DNA from: Hyphomicrobiales bacterium
GTDB lineage: Bacteria > Pseudomonadota > Alphaproteobacteria > JAPOUT01
DNA: 64,000 nucleotides
NCBI GenBank assembly: GCA_026708545.1
Contig: JAPOUT010000054.1
Coordinates: 5,195 to 69,194 of the forward strand
Direction: 5' to 3'
The translations under genes were made by a program, and so were the position numbers. Below are positions 59,792 to 64,000 of the stretch, one piece after another (position 1 is the stretch's first letter; every line of letters starts with the position of its first letter). Under the pieces are notes generated by a model that was not told where the DNA came from, did no database searches, and saw nothing but the letters and a program-made list of their open reading frames with translations.

Positions 59792-61825
59792 ATGCTTTTC
59801 CCGCTCCCTCGACAATTGCTGTTCTTATGCGCGTGCATCGCAACGGTTCCGGCCGGGGTGACGGGCGCGGCCGCCGGAGACATACCTCCTCCCGAAACAG
59901 CGGACACCTTCCAAACGCCCCTTCAATCATTCCCTCGAAAGCCCCTTGCGCGAACACTTTCCGACTACATCAAACTCATCGAGACCGACACAAAAACGGG
60001 AGCGAACTTTAAACGCCTGCAGCAATTCCTCGACGACAACGCCGAGCGCTCCGGATGGTTTCCGAAATTCTCGCGAATACAACAAAATGCCGAGATCGCC
60101 CTCGCGCGCACGAGACCCTCGCCCGAAAAAACGCTCGAATATCTGCAGCGACACCCCCCGATCACCGGGGTCGGACTGGAACTTCTCGGCGAGGCGCTCA
60201 TCGACATCGGCAAACGCGACGAAGGCGTCGCACACATCCGAAACGCCTGGCGGAAGCACTCTTACCTCAAGTCACGGCAAAGGGACTTCCTCCAACTATA
60301 CGCGCATCTCCTGACGGCCGACGACCACACCGAACGACTCGAAATGCTGCTTTGGAACGAGAGGATTCGTTTCGCAAAAGCGATGTTCCCGCTCGTCACG
60401 CCGCAGGAGCGCGCACTCGCAAACGCACGAATATACCTGATGGAGCAAAGAATCGGCGTTGACGCCGCCATCCGTGCCGTCCCGGACGAACTGCACAACC
60501 ACCCCGCGCTGGCCTATGAACGCGTCCGGTGGCGCAGGCGCAAAGGGCGCGAAGACGACGCCATCGAACTTTTGCTGCTCCAGCCTCCCACACGAACACG
60601 CCCGGACAAGTGGTGGGTGGAACGGCATCGGCTTGCCCGCTACGCCCTGCGGCAAGGACGCTACCTCGAGGCCTATCAGATTGCACGCGATCACGCATTG
60701 ACGAGCGGCATCGGATTCGCCGACGGCGAATTCCTCGCCGGATGGATTGCGCTGCGGTTTCTCGATGATCCGCAAAGTGCATACCTGCATTTCAAAACCC
60801 TGCAAGAAGGCGTCACCACGCCCATCTCCATCGCACGCGCGGCATATTGGCGCGGACGAGCCGCCGAGGAAATCCCGGACGCCAATCCGCAAATCTATTG
60901 GCGACAGGCCGCGGCACTGCCGACAACTTATTACGGGCAAATCGCCGGCACCAAGATTGTCGAGCAACCCCAGCCGAAAAACAGATTCACCCCGCAAAGC
61001 AGCACGGCCTTCAGGCATCCCGCCGAATCCTTCCTCAGCAGAGAGGCCATCGAAGACGAAAACACCGACGCAAGCGACCCGAATCTGGGCCTTGAATACA
61101 TCGTCACCCTCGCCCACGACAACGGGGACGAGAAACTCGGAAACCAAATGCTCCTGCACCAGGCGCGACAAACGGAAACACCCGGCGAATTCGAGACGCT
61201 CGCAGACATCGCCGCACAACTCGGACAAAAACACATCCAACTGCGAATCGCAAAAACCGCCGCAAGGAAGCATCTGTTCCTGCAAGAGCATCTCTACCCC
61301 ACCGACGGCTTCCCGCAAGAAGCAATACGGCAGGACGGACCTGTCGACCCCGCGTTGCTGCTTGCCATCGCGCGGCAGGAAAGCGAATTCAATCCCCTCG
61401 CCGTTTCGCCCTCCGGCGCGCTCGGCATGATGCAACTCCTCCCGAACACCGCACGGCACACTGCGAAAAACGCGGGCGTCCCGTACGACGAAGACGCCCT
61501 CACCCGGGATCCCGGATACAACGTCTTCCTTGGCACAGAATACATCCATCGGATGATCAGGCGATTCGACGGCTCCTACATTCTCGCCGTCGCGGCATAC
61601 AATGCCGGTCCCACACGCGTGTCCCGATGGATTAAAGGCGCACTTTGCGACCCCCGCAAACCGGATTGCGACGACATTGACTGGATTGAGCGGGTTCCCA
61701 TCGAGGAAACCCGCAACTACGTCCAGCGGGTCCTCGAAAACCTGCAGAATTATCGACGCATTCTAGGATACGATACGCAAACGGACATCCACGCCGAGTT
61801 TACGCGGTCGACTCAAAACCAGTGA
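59792..61825 (+). CDS. slt: Soluble lytic murein transglycosylase (Slt70-like)
   Basis: 677 aa. A signal peptide and a superhelical U-domain precede the C-terminal SLT domain IARQESEFNPLAVSPSGALGMMQL...AYNAGP. Confidence 0.88.
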   Translation: MLFPLPRQLLFLCACIATVPAGVTGAAAGDIPPPETADTFQTPLQSFPRKPLARTLSDYIKLIETDTKTGANFKRLQQFLDDNAERSGWFPKFSRIQQNAEIALARTRPSPEKTLEYLQRHPPITGVGLELLGEALIDIGKRDEGVAHIRNAWRKHSYLKSRQRDFLQLYAHLLTADDHTERLEMLLWNERIRFAKAMFPLVTPQERALANARIYLMEQRIGVDAAIRAVPDELHNHPALAYERVRWRRRKGREDDAIELLLLQPPTRTRPDKWWVERHRLARYALRQGRYLEAYQIARDHALTSGIGFADGEFLAGWIALRFLDDPQSAYLHFKTLQEGVTTPISIARAAYWRGRAAEEIPDANPQIYWRQAAALPTTYYGQIAGTKIVEQPQPKNRFTPQSSTAFRHPAESFLSREAIEDENTDASDPNLGLEYIVTLAHDNGDEKLGNQMLLHQARQTETPGEFETLADIAAQLGQKHIQLRIAKTAARKHLFLQEHLYPTDGFPQEAIRQDGPVDPALLLAIARQESEFNPLAVSPSGALGMMQLLPNTARHTAKNAGVPYDEDALTRDPGYNVFLGTEYIHRMIRRFDGSYILAVAAYNAGPTRVSRWIKGALCDPRKPDCDDIDWIERVPIEETRNYVQRVLENLQNYRRILGYDTQTDIHAEFTRSTQNQ

Positions 61826-62834
61826 GCACGTTCACAACATTCGTGCCAACCTCGGCAACGGCATAGCCGCCCTCCAGCACGAACAGGCACGGCATCCCCG
61901 TTCCCCCAATGCGCCTGCCCATGTCGCTGTAATCCGCGCTACCCAAACGAAAGAAACTGATTGGATCCTTCTCGAAAGTATCCACTCCCAGCGACACAAC
62001 CAGCGCGTCCGCACCGTAAGAAACGATGCGCTTTCGAGCATCTTCCAGAGCCTCGCACCACCGCTCGTACGTCGCACCTTTGGGCAGCGGATAGTTGTGC
62101 GTGAAACCCTCGCCCCGGCCTTCGCCTTGCTCGTCGGCATACCCGAGAAAGTGCGGAAATGCCGCAAGGGGATCGCCGTGCAGAGAAAGAAACAGCACGT
62201 CGTCGCGGTGGTAGAAAATCTGCTGCGTTCCGTTGCCATGGTGAAAGTCCACGTCCAATATCGCAACGCGCTCGCAACCGCGCCCGCGCAGATGCTGCGC
62301 CGCGAGCGCCGCATTGTTTAAAAAACAATAACCGCCAAACTGGTCGCGGGACGCATGATGTCCCGGAGGACGGCACAGGGAAAACACTCCCCGCGCGCCC
62401 CTTGCAAGCCGCTCGGCTCCGGTGAGCGCAACCTGCGCCGCCGCATACGCCGCCTCCGCCGTTCCCGCGCTGATGGAGGTCTCGCTCGCCAGGCAGTAAT
62501 ATCCCAGCCTGCCCTCGATATCGTCCGGTATCCTCGTTGACGGCATCGAGCGCGAAGGCCACACGGTCGCTATCGCCTCGCCATTGTATCCGGCGGACTC
62601 CCATTCGCGCCACGCCGAGCCGAGAAAATCCAAATAACCCGCATCGTGAATTTCGCGGACGATTCTGTCGCCCATGTCGTCGGGAGGCGAGACCTCTCCC
62701 AAACGCGCCGATTCCACCGCCTCCAGCACATATGCAACGCGCTCGGGACATTCAAACGGCGCGACCAGCTCGCCGCCGTGGAGTTCCGTCCTGGAAGCGC
62801 GCAGCACATGCTTGGAAGAGTGAATCGTCTCCAT
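61800..62834 (-). CDS. Histone deacetylase family protein (acetylpolyamine/acetoin-utilisation type amidohydrolase)
   Basis: 344 aa. RPPGHHA...GYCFLNNAA...ILDVDFHHGNGTQ...GGYA are the canonical HDAC motifs. Confidence 0.88.
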   Translation of the reverse strand: METIHSSKHVLRASRTELHGGELVAPFECPERVAYVLEAVESARLGEVSPPDDMGDRIVREIHDAGYLDFLGSAWREWESAGYNGEAIATVWPSRSMPSTRIPDDIEGRLGYYCLASETSISAGTAEAAYAAAQVALTGAERLARGARGVFSLCRPPGHHASRDQFGGYCFLNNAALAAQHLRGRGCERVAILDVDFHHGNGTQQIFYHRDDVLFLSLHGDPLAAFPHFLGYADEQGEGRGEGFTHNYPLPKGATYERWCEALEDARKRIVSYGADALVVSLGVDTFEKDPISFFRLGSADYSDMGRRIGGTGMPCLFVLEGGYAVAEVGTNVVNVLTGFESTA

Positions 62835-63060
62835 TCAAACACGCCCTGCGGCGCAACCGCACCGGAATTCCGCCACGGCGCCGCCGAATCCCCGCGAACG
62901 GGCCGCAAACAACGAGACATACAAACGCATAAGCACTCTCTTCGGGTTCGCCATGGAATACTCAATCCTTCCTCTCAAAGAGCTCCCCCCTCCGAACAAA
63001 TACACAAACACATAAGATAACGGAACCGGCGCCCTTAGAGTCAAGCGCAAAGTTTTATCT

Positions 63061-64000
63061 TCACGCGCTCGGAAAACGCGCTTTCTTCTCCAACGCGTAA
63101 ATCGGAAGATGGTTGCGGACGTAAGATTGCGCGACATCCTGCTTCGGAGCGTGATCCCAGAAGACGCGCTGCTTGCGCATCACCTTCTGTAAAAACGCAC
63201 GACGATGCTGGCTTTCCAAAACGGCCGCTTCCAACGCGGCACGGTCGTAGCGCGTGCGCAACTCCTCCAGCATCGAAGCAACCTTCTCGCGCGCTCCGCC
63301 GTCCGCCGCAAGATTGTTGCGTTCGTGGGCATCCGCTTCCAAATCAAAAAGCAGCGGCGGGTCGCCCTCGGCGTGAATGAACTTCTCGCTTCCGCGCCGA
63401 ATTAAAAATTGCGGGGTCGAAACGCCCTCTCCGTAATATTCACCGATCACTTCGTCGTGCCCGCCCGGGCCCGCCAGATGCGGCAGCAGGGAGCGTCCGT
63501 CCAACGGCGTGGCATACTCGCCCGCCTTGCCGTCGCGCGACAACTCCACCAAGCTCGGCAGCAGGTCCACCAGCGAAACCGCCTCGCCCGCACGCCTCGG
63601 CGAGAACATCTTCGGCGCATGCACGATCAAGGGAACCCGCGCCGAATGCTCCAGAAAACTCATTTTAAACCACATGCCCCGCTCGCCGAGCATGTCGCCG
63701 TGGTCCGAGGTAAACACCACCACGGTATTTTCCGCAATTCCCGCCTCGGAAAGGGATTTCAGCAACGCGGCGACCTTATCGTCAATGTCGGATATCGAAC
63801 CATAGTATGCGCGCCGCGCGCGCCGCAGGGTTGTTTCGTCCAAGTCGATGGCATCGGCGCCATAGCCATAACGCAAACGCTTTGAATGCGCGTCCTCCTC
63901 GACGCTTCCGAGCGGCGTTGCAGGAAGGTCGATATCATCTTCACGATACAAATCCCACTTCTCGGGGCGGCACAAATACGGGTCATGCGGCTGTATCATC
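63061..64000 (-). CDS. betC: Choline-sulfatase (partial; N-terminus lies beyond the window end)
   Basis: HDPYLCRPEKWDLY...RRARRAYYGSISDIDDKV...VVFTSDHGDMLGERGMWFKMSFLEHSARVPLIV is collinear with my memory of BetC-type sulfatases. The catalytic N-terminal Cys/Ser motif is not in the window. Confidence 0.75.
   Translation of the reverse strand, partial: MIQPHDPYLCRPEKWDLYREDDIDLPATPLGSVEEDAHSKRLRYGYGADAIDLDETTLRRARRAYYGSISDIDDKVAALLKSLSEAGIAENTVVVFTSDHGDMLGERGMWFKMSFLEHSARVPLIVHAPKMFSPRRAGEAVSLVDLLPSLVELSRDGKAGEYATPLDGRSLLPHLAGPGGHDEVIGEYYGEGVSTPQFLIRRGSEKFIHAEGDPPLLFDLEADAHERNNLAADGGAREKVASMLEELRTRYDRAALEAAVLESQHRRAFLQKVMRKQRVFWDHAPKQDVAQSYVRNHLPIYALEKKARFPSA

Noticed and set aside
62835-62954. 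39-aa upstream ORF (MANPKRVLMRLYV...) whose TGA abuts the ATG of the deacetylase gene
   Set aside because: The SD-like sequence is 11 nt from the ATG. The peptide is Arg/Ala/Gly-rich, as expected for random G+C-rich sequence. There is no independent support.

Overview
This 64 kb window looks like a high-G+C chromosomal segment with alphaproteobacterial-type organisation. The evidence for that is the ligA-recN-bamD, rpmH-rnpA-yidC-argB, dapA/slt and smpB neighbourhoods, a GTTC-N7-GTTC SOS box in front of recA, DUF1127 and DUF1036 genes, and an RNase E with an acidic insertion. The taxon assignment is inference only. About 60 protein genes are supportable and most are housekeeping: argS, alaS, uvrD, ligA, recN, recA, aroC, fabI, pdxH, argB, yidC, rnpA, rpmH, gshB, rsmI, folK, smpB and dapA. 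There is one tRNA-Arg(ACG). I found no rRNA, no CRISPR array, no intact mobile element and no recognisable defence or toxin-antitoxin system. Two patches are visibly AT-richer by eye and look accessory. (1) 1..~4340 holds an ORF-free, highly structured 835-nt stretch, a LysE exporter, a secreted TbpB/hemophilin-like protein, a small acidic ORF and a YbfB-type MFS transporter. (2) ~48164..51475 abuts the 3' end of tRNA-Arg and carries small cargo genes, decayed ORFs and an IS-type transposase remnant. The most interesting signal is an uninterrupted 13-nt poly(C/G) tract. It forms the spacer between a near-consensus -35 and a perfect -10 upstream of the TbpB-like gene, which is the classic design of a slipped-strand phase-variation switch. 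That gene cassette is also bracketed by inverted copies of a hairpin-forming repeat that recurs in the second island. Other points worth a look are an orphan beta-class DNA methyltransferase wedged between recA and alaS, a candidate three-way-junction RNA, and a candidate sRNA with its own promoter and terminator. All function calls come from reading the translated ORFs against remembered family motifs. No database search was run.
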